64,000 nucleotides of DNA from Candidatus Saccharimonadota bacterium (GCA_050486185.1 JBJHCT010000003.1:37500-101499); one strand, 5' to 3'; shown: positions 1 through 9,663, counted from the stretch's first letter. A program made the numbers and translations. The notes: generated by a model not told the origin, from the letters alone.

Positions 1-168
1 ATAAGCAGCGGCATTGATAATGGTATCAACCTCGGAAAAATCAAAACTTTTAATAGACTCTTGATTGGCAATATCTAAATCTTCTCTAGTTGTAGCAATA
101 GCTTCAGGGAACTGCTCCTGCAGCGCTCTGCCTAATTGACCATTTGCACCAGTAATTAGCTCCGCCAT
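1..168 (-). CDS. rmlD: dTDP-4-dehydrorhamnose reductase, N-terminal part (runs off window)
   Basis: Reverse-strand translation from the ATG at 168 gives MAELITGANGQLGRALQEQFPEAIATTREDLDIANQES..., a Rossmann GxxGxxG start typical of RmlD/RfbD. It sits immediately downstream of rmlC. Confidence 0.7.
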   Translation of the reverse strand, partial: MAELITGANGQLGRALQEQFPEAIATTREDLDIANQESIKSFDFSEVDTIINAAAY

Positions 169-172
169 ATTA

Positions 173-754
173 TTAAACCTCCATAGGTGTTACATCACCT
201 AGCATTGGATGAGTTTTGTCTTTGTCAGAAACTACTGCCTCATCTAATGGAATCGGCCAATTGATGGCTGTATCTACATCAGCTAGATTGAGCATAGTGT
301 ATCGAGCCTGCTCGCTCCAGTGCTCATTGACTAGGTAGGTATAAACTACGTTATCTTCCAGAGTTTGAAATGAGTTACCACAACCTCTTGGTACGTATAT
401 AGCTACACTAGGATCTAGGTAGAAAGTCTCAACAACACCAAAAGTATCTCCCTGTCTTAAATCAACTATGGCGGCAAAGACCTCACCGTGAGCAATAGAG
501 ATATATTTATCCCAAGGTTCAGCATGGATGCCGCGAGTTACGCCACGTTCGGCGTTGAAGGATATATTATTCTGTACTGGTTGAAAATCTTCCGGCAAGC
601 CTAATTCTTTGAGTTTGGCGGCTTGGTAGTTTTCTTTAAACCAACCACGATTGTCCCCATGAACTGGTAAGTTTATTTCCAGTAGTCCGGGAATTTTAGT
701 TTCAATAACTTCTAGTTTTGGTTCACTTTGCGTTTTCATCTCTGGACTTCCCAT
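173..754 (-). CDS. rmlC: dTDP-4-dehydrorhamnose 3,5-epimerase
   Basis: 193 aa, cupin-fold RmlC-like sequence (…GLLEINLPVHGDNRGWFKENYQ…RGIHAEPWDKYISIAHGEVF…). Part of an rmlB-rmlC-rmlD gene string. Confidence 0.9.
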   Translation of the reverse strand: MGSPEMKTQSEPKLEVIETKIPGLLEINLPVHGDNRGWFKENYQAAKLKELGLPEDFQPVQNNISFNAERGVTRGIHAEPWDKYISIAHGEVFAAIVDLRQGDTFGVVETFYLDPSVAIYVPRGCGNSFQTLEDNVVYTYLVNEHWSEQARYTMLNLADVDTAINWPIPLDEAVVSDKDKTHPMLGDVTPMEV

Positions 755-822
755 ACTTTTACTACCTCTTTAACTAGTAGGTAATTATCAAACAATGAGA
801 TGTTACTTGCAAGCATGAGCAT

Positions 823-1818
<996 letters not shown>

Positions 1819-2069
1819 CTAGGTATTATATCAGCCCAATAAAGATACATCAGAAAGATATTTAACCAAAAAGAAAAGACTTCCCGCTGGGTGGCTTAGA
1901 AACCACGGTGCCAAAAGTCTTTCATTTATAATATTCTCATACATAAGCACAAGGCGCAAGTAAGCAGCCTCTTTGGTGTGGTTAGTAACTACATGTAATT
2001 AACTACTTGGTAGTTCTCTCTAACAAACAGCTAATTCCTGGTAGAATAAACATAAAGGTAAAACTGCTT

Positions 2070-3386
2070 ATGTCCACTATCAAAGCCTCTAAATTCCAAC
2101 ACCCTGACTCTCCTGATCCTAATCTAGAGACTAATGCTGATGGTTCAATACATGCTAATAAACTTGACGTAGATGAGATAACAACTAGCTCATTAAGACA
2201 CCCTGATTCAATAAATCCAGGACTTTCTATGATGGGTAACGGTGATGTGCATATGAATGGTAATTTGGTGGTGAATAATACGGTTAGCTTTACAGAAATA
2301 GATACGGTTAAAACAGCCTCTATACAGAATCCAAACTCTCAATCAGCTAGCATATCGATAGGGTCTGATGGTGGTGTTGGCATCCTATCGAATATGAGTG
2401 CAACTGGTGATGTCGATATTTCAGGCAGACTATCGGCAGGGTATTTAGATGATGGTATCGCAACGACCCAGCTATATAATTTTTCCGGGACAATTCGCTT
2501 TACCACTTGTGGGAAGACTGGACCGATTGGACCAAGTCTCTCAGATGCGGTTAGTAGCTACTCATTAGAGCCTTTCGCTAGTGAATGGCTTGAGGTTGAT
2601 GGTAGGTTTGAGGTTGTGGGAGGGGTTCAATACTTTAAGATTCCTAAGACAGGCCAATATCAAATCAGGGCCGCTGGGTCTAGGAGCGGTGATTCTAACT
2701 GGGGAGGTTTGGGTATAGATATAACTTCTACGGCAGAGTTTCGTGCCGGTGAAATTATACGTATAGTAGTCGGACAAAAGGGCCAAGGGAATAGTGCAAC
2801 ATATGCTGGCGGTGGTGGAGCTTCAGCCCTAGCTGTTAGGAGGATGGACTTGTGGGTACCTATCTTAATTGCTGGTGGAGGAGCAGGACAGTCAAATAAT
2901 AGTCCAAACTCTTTTAACGCCAACAGGAATGCTTTTGCTCCAGACGTTAGAAGTGGTGACAACTTTGGTGGTAGAGGCAGCTATTACAGTACTAGCTACA
3001 GTACCTCTATAGGTCATAATTGGCCAGGCGGTGGAGGTGGTGGTTGGTCATCAGATGGTTATGACGGTAGGATTAATTACTTTGGCTCCGGTCAACCGAT
3101 AGGTGGTAGGGCTTTGAGTTCAGAATCTCCCATGGGCGGTCGGTATTTTATAGACCCAAACAACACTTATGATGGTGGGTTTGGCGGTGGCGGAGCCACT
3201 GGTGTCGGTGGTGGTGCTGCTGGCGGTGGCGGCGGTTGGTGGGGAGGGAACTCTTCTTATGCAGGTATTGGTGCTAGTTCTGATGATACTAGTCATTTGG
3301 GCGGTGGTAGCTATTCCAGAAACAGTACTTATACTGTCGAGGGGACCAACAACGATCAAGGTTTTGTAGAGATAACTTTAACTTAA
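2070..3386 (+). CDS. Gly-rich paralog family member 1: conserved N-module MSTIKASKFQHPDS…, Gly-rich core, C-terminal …GFVEITLT
   Basis: Long ORF. The ATG at 2070 is chosen because the protein from there aligns with the N-termini of the three downstream paralogs. RBS-like AAAGG sits 11 nt upstream. A QHPDS/RHPDS motif is repeated internally. No N-terminal hydrophobic signal peptide. Confidence 0.75.
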   Translation: MSTIKASKFQHPDSPDPNLETNADGSIHANKLDVDEITTSSLRHPDSINPGLSMMGNGDVHMNGNLVVNNTVSFTEIDTVKTASIQNPNSQSASISIGSDGGVGILSNMSATGDVDISGRLSAGYLDDGIATTQLYNFSGTIRFTTCGKTGPIGPSLSDAVSSYSLEPFASEWLEVDGRFEVVGGVQYFKIPKTGQYQIRAAGSRSGDSNWGGLGIDITSTAEFRAGEIIRIVVGQKGQGNSATYAGGGGASALAVRRMDLWVPILIAGGGAGQSNNSPNSFNANRNAFAPDVRSGDNFGGRGSYYSTSYSTSIGHNWPGGGGGGWSSDGYDGRINYFGSGQPIGGRALSSESPMGGRYFIDPNNTYDGGFGGGGATGVGGGAAGGGGGWWGGNSSYAGIGASSDDTSHLGGGSYSRNSTYTVEGTNNDQGFVEITLT

Positions 3387-3459
3387 ATTAAGAAAGTCTT
3401 TAGTCTTTTTGCTAAACTTAAACATAACTAACTTTTTAAGAAAAGCGACTATATAGCTA

Positions 3460-4908
3460 ATGTCCACTATCAAAGCCTCTAACCTCCAGCACCCTGACTC
3501 ACTAGATCCTAACCTAGAGACTAATGCGGACGGCTCGGTTCATGCTAATAAACTGGATGCCGATGAGTTAACTGCCGGTACTATTAATGCTAGTGGGTTG
3601 AATATTAATGAAGCCAACATTCAAGATTCAATCGATCAATCTATCTCACAGTCCAAGCTAATGACTGAGAACACCCAAACCCAAGACTACACCTTGCAAC
3701 TTAGTGATATAGGTAGAGTAGTAGTGATAGATAGTGAGACAGATAGAACTATCACTATACCTAACTCATCAGCAGTAGATTTTCCCATAGGTTCCGTAAT
3801 TTATCTATACAGACAAGGTGAAGGGAGAGTAGTTGTTACTGGTGCAGAGGGTGTGACGGTTAAGAACGATGGTAATCTTCCTAAAGAAGAAGATATCTAT
3901 GTCCGTAAACGAGCTACTAATGAGTGGGTAGTCTTTCCTTCTTTGTGGAAACCCGTTAACGCTTCAGGAGGTCAGTTCAAGACTGTTACAGTTTCAGACA
4001 CAGTCTATGGGGTTCATATGTTCACTGATATTGGTTCAGCGGAATTTCATATCTTAGATGAAGGTTCTGAAAGTAAACTCGATGTTTTGATTGTCGGTGG
4101 CGGCGGCGGCGGCGGAGGTTACGGTGGCGGCGGCGGTGGAGGTGCCGTGCTTCACTCTGTAGATAGACCAATAGAAAAAAATACTTACCAGATAGTGGTT
4201 GGAGCAGGTGGAGATGCTAGGCCGTGGGTTAATAGCGTGGCTGGCCCTGAAGCTGCGGAGCCTTTCGGCGGGGGTTCATCTAGTGCTTTTGGTTTGGCGG
4301 CTACCGGTGGTGGTGCTGGCGGTAGCTATAACGGTAGAGATGCTGGTCATGGGGCTAATGGTGGTGGTAGTGGGGCTTATGGTAGCGGTGACTTAGGTGG
4401 TACTAGTAACAAGTCATTTCCTGGAGTTGGTGTAGTCCCAGAAGGCGATGATTATACAACGGTCTACGCAGGTAATACTGGTGGTGACGCTAATGTTACC
4501 TCGCCTAACTTCCCTTTAGCCGGTGGAGCTGGTGCCGGAGAGGACGGGCAATCACAACCTAGTAGCTCTGGTAACGGCGGTAATGGTGGTAACGGAGTTA
4601 TGATTAATATTGAAGGTAACGACTACTACTGGGGTGGTGGAGGCGCTGGTGGCGTATATACAACTAACGGAACTGGTGGTAACGGCGGACTAGGTGGCGG
4701 TGGCGGAGGCGGTCAACTTGGATCTGGTGGCGGCTCAGCCCTAAATCCTGGCGGTGATGCTGGATCGCATCTATCTTCTGGCGGGGCCGGCGGCGCTAAT
4801 ACTGGTGGCGGAGGTGGCGGAGGTGGGTACAATAGTAACGGCTCAATTGGTTCACCAGGTGGTTCCGGTATTGTTATTATTCGTTATCCACTAGAAAAAC
4901 CATCGTAA
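3460..4908 (+). CDS. Gly-rich paralog family member 2: N-module MSTIKASNLQHPDS…, poly-Gly core, C-terminal GGSGIVIIRY
   Basis: 482 aa. The first ~45 aa are ~80% identical to members 1 and 4. Long GGGGGGGGYGGGGGG runs. A conserved C-terminal beta-strand-like motif. Confidence 0.8.
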   Translation: MSTIKASNLQHPDSLDPNLETNADGSVHANKLDADELTAGTINASGLNINEANIQDSIDQSISQSKLMTENTQTQDYTLQLSDIGRVVVIDSETDRTITIPNSSAVDFPIGSVIYLYRQGEGRVVVTGAEGVTVKNDGNLPKEEDIYVRKRATNEWVVFPSLWKPVNASGGQFKTVTVSDTVYGVHMFTDIGSAEFHILDEGSESKLDVLIVGGGGGGGGYGGGGGGGAVLHSVDRPIEKNTYQIVVGAGGDARPWVNSVAGPEAAEPFGGGSSSAFGLAATGGGAGGSYNGRDAGHGANGGGSGAYGSGDLGGTSNKSFPGVGVVPEGDDYTTVYAGNTGGDANVTSPNFPLAGGAGAGEDGQSQPSSSGNGGNGGNGVMINIEGNDYYWGGGGAGGVYTTNGTGGNGGLGGGGGGGQLGSGGGSALNPGGDAGSHLSSGGAGGANTGGGGGGGGYNSNGSIGSPGGSGIVIIRYPLEKPS

Positions 4909-4980
4909 CCTTAAGCTACTTACACATAATGAAACCTGCTACACTTTAGGTGTAAGTAAAGAGTCAAAATAGGTATATAA

Positions 4981-6396
4981 ATGTCCACCATCAAAGCCTC
5001 TAAATTCCAACATCCAGACTCAGAAGGCAAGAACATAGAACTAGACTCTAGTGGCAATGCTTCATTTAGTGGGGAGATTAAAGCCTCAAGTATTCGCCAT
5101 CCTAACTCTTCAAACAGCCAAATCACTATGAATATCGATGGCACAGTTAATGTTAGCGGTTTAAGTGTTAACGATGAGGATATTCAAGACACCATATCCC
5201 AAACCAAACTTTCTTCAGAAAAAGAACTTACTCCTGATTTAAACGATGAATACACCCTAGGGCTAGAAGATGCTGGGAAAGTACTGACTTTAGATGATGC
5301 TGATGAAAACAAAGTAGTTACTGTCAATATTCCTAATGATAGTCAAGCTGATTTTGAAGTAGGTTCAACCGTAAAGTTGTATCGCGATAACGAAGCCGGT
5401 ATTACCATCAAAGCTAATGAGAGCGTTAGTATCAAAAGCCCTCTTGCTCCTGGGCCATACTACTTTGTTAGAAAGTATGGTGAACCTCAACTTAGAAAAA
5501 GAGCTGCTAACCAGTGGGTTTTAACCGAAAACGGTCTACTAATCCAGTCCCTACTTGCTGTAGGTGGTAACGAAGTTTTTGAAGAGATTATTAATGGAGC
5601 AGTGTATCGTATCCACGTTTTTACTACCGTAGGCTCTTCACAGGCTTTTGAAGTAGAGCTTGGCGGCGGCGAAGTTGAGTATCTAGTAGTTGCTGGAGGC
5701 GGTGGTGGTGGAATGGTTAACACTGGATCTGTTGGATCCGCAGGGGGTGGAGCCGGCGGATATAGATGTAGCGTCAAAGGAGAATTGTCTGGAGGTAATA
5801 ATCAAGCAGAACCTCCTTTGGTAGTAGAAAAAGGATCTTACACAGTTACAGTGGGAGCAGGAGGAGTAAAAGGTGTAACTACAAATAATCCTGGTGGAGA
5901 CGGTGGTGATTCGACACTAGGATCAGTAGTTAGTTTAGGCGGCGGCGGAGGCGGAGGTACTGGTCACGGTAGAAATGGTGGCTCTGGCGGCGGCGGAGGT
6001 TACGGTGGCGGCTCAGCTGGCAGCGGCACATCCAGTCAAGGCTTTGACGGTGGGGGTGGATCTACAGAAGCCGTTGCTCCCGGATCTGCAGGCGGTGGTG
6101 GAGGTGCATCTGAACCTGGTATTAAACCTGCGACTGCTTCATCAGCGGGGGGTAATGGCGGTGATGGTATAGAGTCAAATATTACAGGATTACCTACCTA
6201 TCGTGCTGGCGGCGGTGGAGGTGGACAGAATAACTCTGCCTGGGGTTCGGGAGGTTTAGGTGGCGGAGCCGATGCTGGTAATGGTAATAGCGGTGAGAAT
6301 AATACTGGCGGTGGCGGAGGTGGAACTCGCTCTGGCTTAGCTAACCCAGGTCAAGGCGGCTCCGGCATAGTCATAGTTCGTTACCGCATCGGTTAA
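4981..6396 (+). CDS. Gly-rich paralog family member 3
   Basis: 471 aa. N-module MSTIKASKFQHPDS plus a second RHPNS repeat. Shares a ~100-aa middle module with member 4 (EYTLxLEDAGKVLTLDD…VVTVNIPND…FEVGS…LYR…PLAPGP). Gly-rich core. C-terminal GGSGIVIVRYRIG. Confidence 0.8.
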   Translation: MSTIKASKFQHPDSEGKNIELDSSGNASFSGEIKASSIRHPNSSNSQITMNIDGTVNVSGLSVNDEDIQDTISQTKLSSEKELTPDLNDEYTLGLEDAGKVLTLDDADENKVVTVNIPNDSQADFEVGSTVKLYRDNEAGITIKANESVSIKSPLAPGPYYFVRKYGEPQLRKRAANQWVLTENGLLIQSLLAVGGNEVFEEIINGAVYRIHVFTTVGSSQAFEVELGGGEVEYLVVAGGGGGGMVNTGSVGSAGGGAGGYRCSVKGELSGGNNQAEPPLVVEKGSYTVTVGAGGVKGVTTNNPGGDGGDSTLGSVVSLGGGGGGGTGHGRNGGSGGGGGYGGGSAGSGTSSQGFDGGGGSTEAVAPGSAGGGGGASEPGIKPATASSAGGNGGDGIESNITGLPTYRAGGGGGGQNNSAWGSGGLGGGADAGNGNSGENNTGGGGGGTRSGLANPGQGGSGIVIVRYRIG

Positions 6397-6451
6397 ACTT
6401 CTTAATAAATAACTAAACCCTGCTAAAATAAACATAAAGGTAAAACCATTT

Positions 6452-7057
6452 ATGTCTACTATTAAAACCTCTAACATCCAACACCCTGACTCACCAGACT
6501 CTAATTTAGAGACCAATGCGGACGGCTCGGTCCATGCTAATAAGTTAGATGCTGATGAATTAACTACTGGGCAAATCAATGCCGATACTATTACAACCGG
6601 CACCATTAATGCTACTGGGATAAATATAGATGATACTAATATCCAAGAAACTATCTCTCAAACTAAACTATCTCTTGAAAAGAATATAGTCCCAAGTGAG
6701 AGCAATGAATACACCCTAGAGCTTGAAGATGCCGGTAAAGTCCTAACTCTTGATGATGAGGATGAAGAAAAAGTAGTGACTGTCAATATTCCTAATGATA
6801 ATGAAGTGAATTTTGAAGTAGGCTCTAATGTTAGTTTGTATCGTGGCGACAATGCCAACATCGAAGTATCTGCTAATAACGGAGTCGATATCAAAACCCC
6901 TCTAGCTCCAGGTCCTAGTAACGCCTCTGGTGGAAATCCAGGTAACGGCACCAATGGCTTAGGCGGTGGAGGCGGTGGATCAAATGGTTATAACGGTAAT
7001 TTAGATGGTGGAGCTGGTGGCTCTGGAATTGTCGTCGTTCGTTATCGCATCGGCTAG
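6452..7057 (+). CDS. Gly-rich paralog family member 4 (short form, 201 aa)
   Basis: Same N-module, the middle module shared with member 3, a short Gly-rich core, and C-terminal GGSGIVVVRYRIG. Its upstream 26 nt are nearly identical to those upstream of member 1. Confidence 0.8.
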   Translation: MSTIKTSNIQHPDSPDSNLETNADGSVHANKLDADELTTGQINADTITTGTINATGINIDDTNIQETISQTKLSLEKNIVPSESNEYTLELEDAGKVLTLDDEDEEKVVTVNIPNDNEVNFEVGSNVSLYRGDNANIEVSANNGVDIKTPLAPGPSNASGGNPGNGTNGLGGGGGGSNGYNGNLDGGAGGSGIVVVRYRIG

Positions 7058-7100
7058 CTTTATCAACAATAATATCCTTAGTTCCTGCTACAATTAAGAC

Positions 7101-8132
7101 ATGATCGCAGTGATTCTAGCTGGAGGTTCTGGTAGCCGGCTTTGGCCTTTGTCGACACCAGATAAGCCGAAGCATTTAATGTCGGTTAATGGTAGCAGTA
7201 CGTTGTTGCAAGATACTCTCGATAGAGCAGCTGTATTTGCTGATGATATTTATGTAGTTACTGATATATCTCATTCAAAGTTAGTAGCAGGTCAGCTCAA
7301 AGGTAGAATCGATGAAGACCATATCATAGTTGAACCTGATCGTCGCGGTACGGCATCGGCAATAGTACTAGCGCTGGCTACACTAGAGTCACTACATGGG
7401 CCCGATATGCCGGTCTGCTTTATGCATGCTGATCACTATATAACCGATAAGCAGGCCTTTGCTGAATCTGTTGAAAAAGCCATTAGTGCTGCTAGGAAAC
7501 ATCAATCCATAGCTCTAATCGGAGTTGAGCCTGACTATCCAGCTACCGGTTTTGGCTATATCAAAAAATCTAAGCAATTATCTGGTGGGGCTTTTGGCGT
7601 AGCTGGGTTTGAAGAGAAGCCAGATCTTGATACTGCCCAAGAGTATCTATCTAGCAGTAAGTATGTTTGGAACCTAGGTTTATTTGCTGCTCCAATCGAT
7701 ATATTTATCAAAGAGATGGATTCACATGCCAAGCACCTGCATCTAGGTCACAAGCAATTAAGTGATCACATCAAAGCGGGTAGGGACTACAGCGATACCT
7801 ATAAATCCATGATCAATGAGGCTATCGATACAGCTTTAATTGAAAAGTCGAGTAATTTAGTAGTGGTACCGGCCGGTTTTGACTGGCTAGATATTGGCTC
7901 CTACAAAGACCTACATGAAGTACTACCTAAAACCGATGAGTATGGCAATACTATAGAGGGCCAAGTGGTAGCTATCGATGCTAAAGACTCGATCATCATG
8001 GAACAGACTGGCGTACCACTAGCTATCTTAGGACTAGATGATGTGGTGGTAGTTAGCACTGATAAGGGTATATTAATTTGTTCTAAAGAGTACTCACAAA
8101 GAATTAAAGAGGCTACCGAGCAAATGCCCTAA
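7101..8132 (+). CDS. sugar-phosphate nucleotidyltransferase (mannose-1-phosphate guanylyltransferase-like)
   Basis: 343 aa. N-terminal IAVILAGGSGSRLWPLS…KPK motif of the NTP-transferase (GlmU/RmlA/ManC) fold. No C-terminal cupin. Confidence 0.75.
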   Translation: MIAVILAGGSGSRLWPLSTPDKPKHLMSVNGSSTLLQDTLDRAAVFADDIYVVTDISHSKLVAGQLKGRIDEDHIIVEPDRRGTASAIVLALATLESLHGPDMPVCFMHADHYITDKQAFAESVEKAISAARKHQSIALIGVEPDYPATGFGYIKKSKQLSGGAFGVAGFEEKPDLDTAQEYLSSSKYVWNLGLFAAPIDIFIKEMDSHAKHLHLGHKQLSDHIKAGRDYSDTYKSMINEAIDTALIEKSSNLVVVPAGFDWLDIGSYKDLHEVLPKTDEYGNTIEGQVVAIDAKDSIIMEQTGVPLAILGLDDVVVVSTDKGILICSKEYSQRIKEATEQMP

Positions 8133-8476
8133 ATACCTGAATTTATACCAAAGACATCAACAAGTGATTCCTTTACTTGGTTAAGTTTGTTTTGATTAAT
8201 TAGGGCTACAGTTTTCTTAATTAAGCTTTCATCTGCTGTAAATATTTTATCAGGGCGTATATAGCTAGTTATGGGTAGGCTAGATATAGCAAAATCCTTT
8301 TCAGATAATACTACTGCTCGTTTACTGCTATATGGTTGAGAGGTGATTTGGCATAAGATTAAGTTATCAAACTCAGCTTGAGCTAGCACTAGAGCAGGCC
8401 TAGATTTACTTTCTGTTAAATCAGAAAAAGGAAAATCAACTACAACTATTGATCCTGGTTCTAAAGTTTCGACCAT
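8129..8476 (-). CDS. mazF: MazF/PemK-family endoribonuclease toxin
   Basis: 115 aa. Sequence GSIVVVDFPFSDLTESKSRPALVL… matches PemK/MazF. Overlaps the upstream AbrB-type antitoxin gene by 16 nt. Confidence 0.7.
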   Translation of the reverse strand: MVETLEPGSIVVVDFPFSDLTESKSRPALVLAQAEFDNLILCQITSQPYSSKRAVVLSEKDFAISSLPITSYIRPDKIFTADESLIKKTVALINQNKLNQVKESLVDVFGINSGI

Positions 8477-8697
8477 GCCTTATCTTCCGCTGGGTTTAGC
8501 CAGTCTTTAGCCAAAGATTTTTCACTTAAAACAGCCGAACTGAAGGAGTCAGCTGTTTTAGCTGGAACTATACGTATCTCCCCGCGCTTAACCTCAAGCT
8601 CAACCTTATCAGGTAGCTCGCTTCTAATTAAAGCTTCTTTGGGTATGCGGATACCTTTGGAATTTCCGATTCTGGTTATATTAGTAATCTTATTCAT
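8461..8697 (-). CDS. mazE: AbrB/MazE-family antitoxin (SpoVT/AbrB domain)
   Basis: Internal Met start gives MNKITNITRIGNSKGIRIPKE…, the swapped-hairpin AbrB motif. Translationally coupled to mazF. Confidence 0.65.
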   Translation of the reverse strand: MNKITNITRIGNSKGIRIPKEALIRSELPDKVELEVKRGEIRIVPAKTADSFSSAVLSEKSLAKDWLNPAEDKAWSKL

Positions 8698-8768
8698 TGT
8701 AATTACAATTGTATATACAAAGTTAAGAAAAGTCAATAAGGTTAATTAGTATTTAGGAGATAAAAAAC

Positions 8769-9545
8769 CTACGGCTGCAACGTGCCACCGTAAACCTGCC
8801 AAGCTAGGGCTGATTTAGCTACTAGGCTTAAAACTATGTAGGTTTTCTCACCATACAGATAGTCATGCCACTTACCGACTTTTTTGTATTGTAAGATCAT
8901 ATTAATAGCAAAGCTATTAAAGAAGACAAAGATAGATCCATATATCCAGTAGACAAAGGTTGGGATTTCACCGACCCCATAACTATTTGCAATCCAGAAG
9001 TAGATAGCTATGACTATCCAAGGAACAGCTCCGGCCAATACGCCGATATTGTAACTCAACCAGTTGGTTTTAGTAGTGCTTTGGTTGTGAACTTCCATGA
9101 CTAGACCCATGAGATTCATCACGGCAGTGAGGGTAAATATCATGATTAAACTACCTAAGTCGTATATACCTACTAGCATGGCTATAGCTACTATCATGAT
9201 AGAAGCAGATAGAGAGTACTCATACCAGCGAGCCTTATTAATACCCAAGGCCAAATTAGCTTCATATTTCTGCCTATAGATAGTAGCGATTATTAGATGA
9301 GCTGTTGCTGATATAGCGAAGAAAGCAAATATCAACCAGGCTAGGGGCAAGCTAAATAGTTCCGTATTCATTAGAACCAAACTCTGAGTAGTATTATCAA
9401 AGTCTAGATAGGAGCCGTTGATAGGTAGAGCAAAGTCACTACTGAGCCAGGCTATAGCGGTTGCTTGAATGGCGTGCAGTCCAGCCATAGCCAGGTTAAA
9501 TGTTTTCAACCTCTTGAGCTTTGAGCTTATATCTTCAGGATTCAT
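8769..9545 (-). CDS. heliorhodopsin-like 7-TM retinal protein
   Basis: 258 aa. The N-terminus …LKTFNLAMAGLHAIQATAIAWLSSDFALP…, the mid-protein WYEYSLSASIMIVAIAML, and the TM7 motif YIVLSLVAKSALAWQ with a candidate Schiff-base Lys match my recollection of the heliorhodopsin (48C12/TaHeR) family. Confidence 0.65.
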   Translation of the reverse strand: MNPEDISSKLKRLKTFNLAMAGLHAIQATAIAWLSSDFALPINGSYLDFDNTTQSLVLMNTELFSLPLAWLIFAFFAISATAHLIIATIYRQKYEANLALGINKARWYEYSLSASIMIVAIAMLVGIYDLGSLIMIFTLTAVMNLMGLVMEVHNQSTTKTNWLSYNIGVLAGAVPWIVIAIYFWIANSYGVGEIPTFVYWIYGSIFVFFNSFAINMILQYKKVGKWHDYLYGEKTYIVLSLVAKSALAWQVYGGTLQP

Positions 9546-9633
9546 ATGTTTTAGCCTCCAATTTTTAAAATTACTTCTTTAAATCAATTATATACCAGTT
9601 CTTCTACACCTAATATGGCGCCAATGTTGACAA

Positions 9634-9648
9634 GTTCGGTCTATGTTC
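9634..9648 (+). promoter_or_regulatory. GTTC-N7-GTTC direct-repeat (LexA-box-like) operator between -35 TTGACA (9627-9632) and -10 TATACT (9651-9656) of lexA
   Basis: Read directly: TTGACAaGTTCggtctatGTTCgaTATACT. The same motif architecture recurs at 10328-10342 upstream of the next gene. Confidence 0.5.
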
Positions 9649-9663
9649 GATATACTAGTTGCC

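Noticed and set aside
2565-3369. Several 65-100-aa ORFs on both strands inside Gly-rich gene 1 (2565-2786, 2660-2962, 3120-3359, 3169-3369). Similar ones occur at 4199-4396, 5487-5777, 5975-6172 and 31948-32298.
   Set aside because: They are antisense or out-of-frame reads of GGN-rich coding sequence, which automatically yields Pro-rich or Ala/Val-rich ORFs without stops. There is no independent support.
2700-6360. RTX-type Ca-binding nonapeptides (GGxGxDxUx) or collagen Gly-X-Y periodicity in the Gly-rich cores
   Set aside because: The Gly spacing is irregular (runs of 6-9 consecutive Gly, GGxGG, GSG). It has neither strict 3-residue collagen periodicity nor the conserved Asp of RTX repeats.
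9097-9279. 60-aa plus-strand ORF
   Set aside because: It is antisense within the heliorhodopsin gene.
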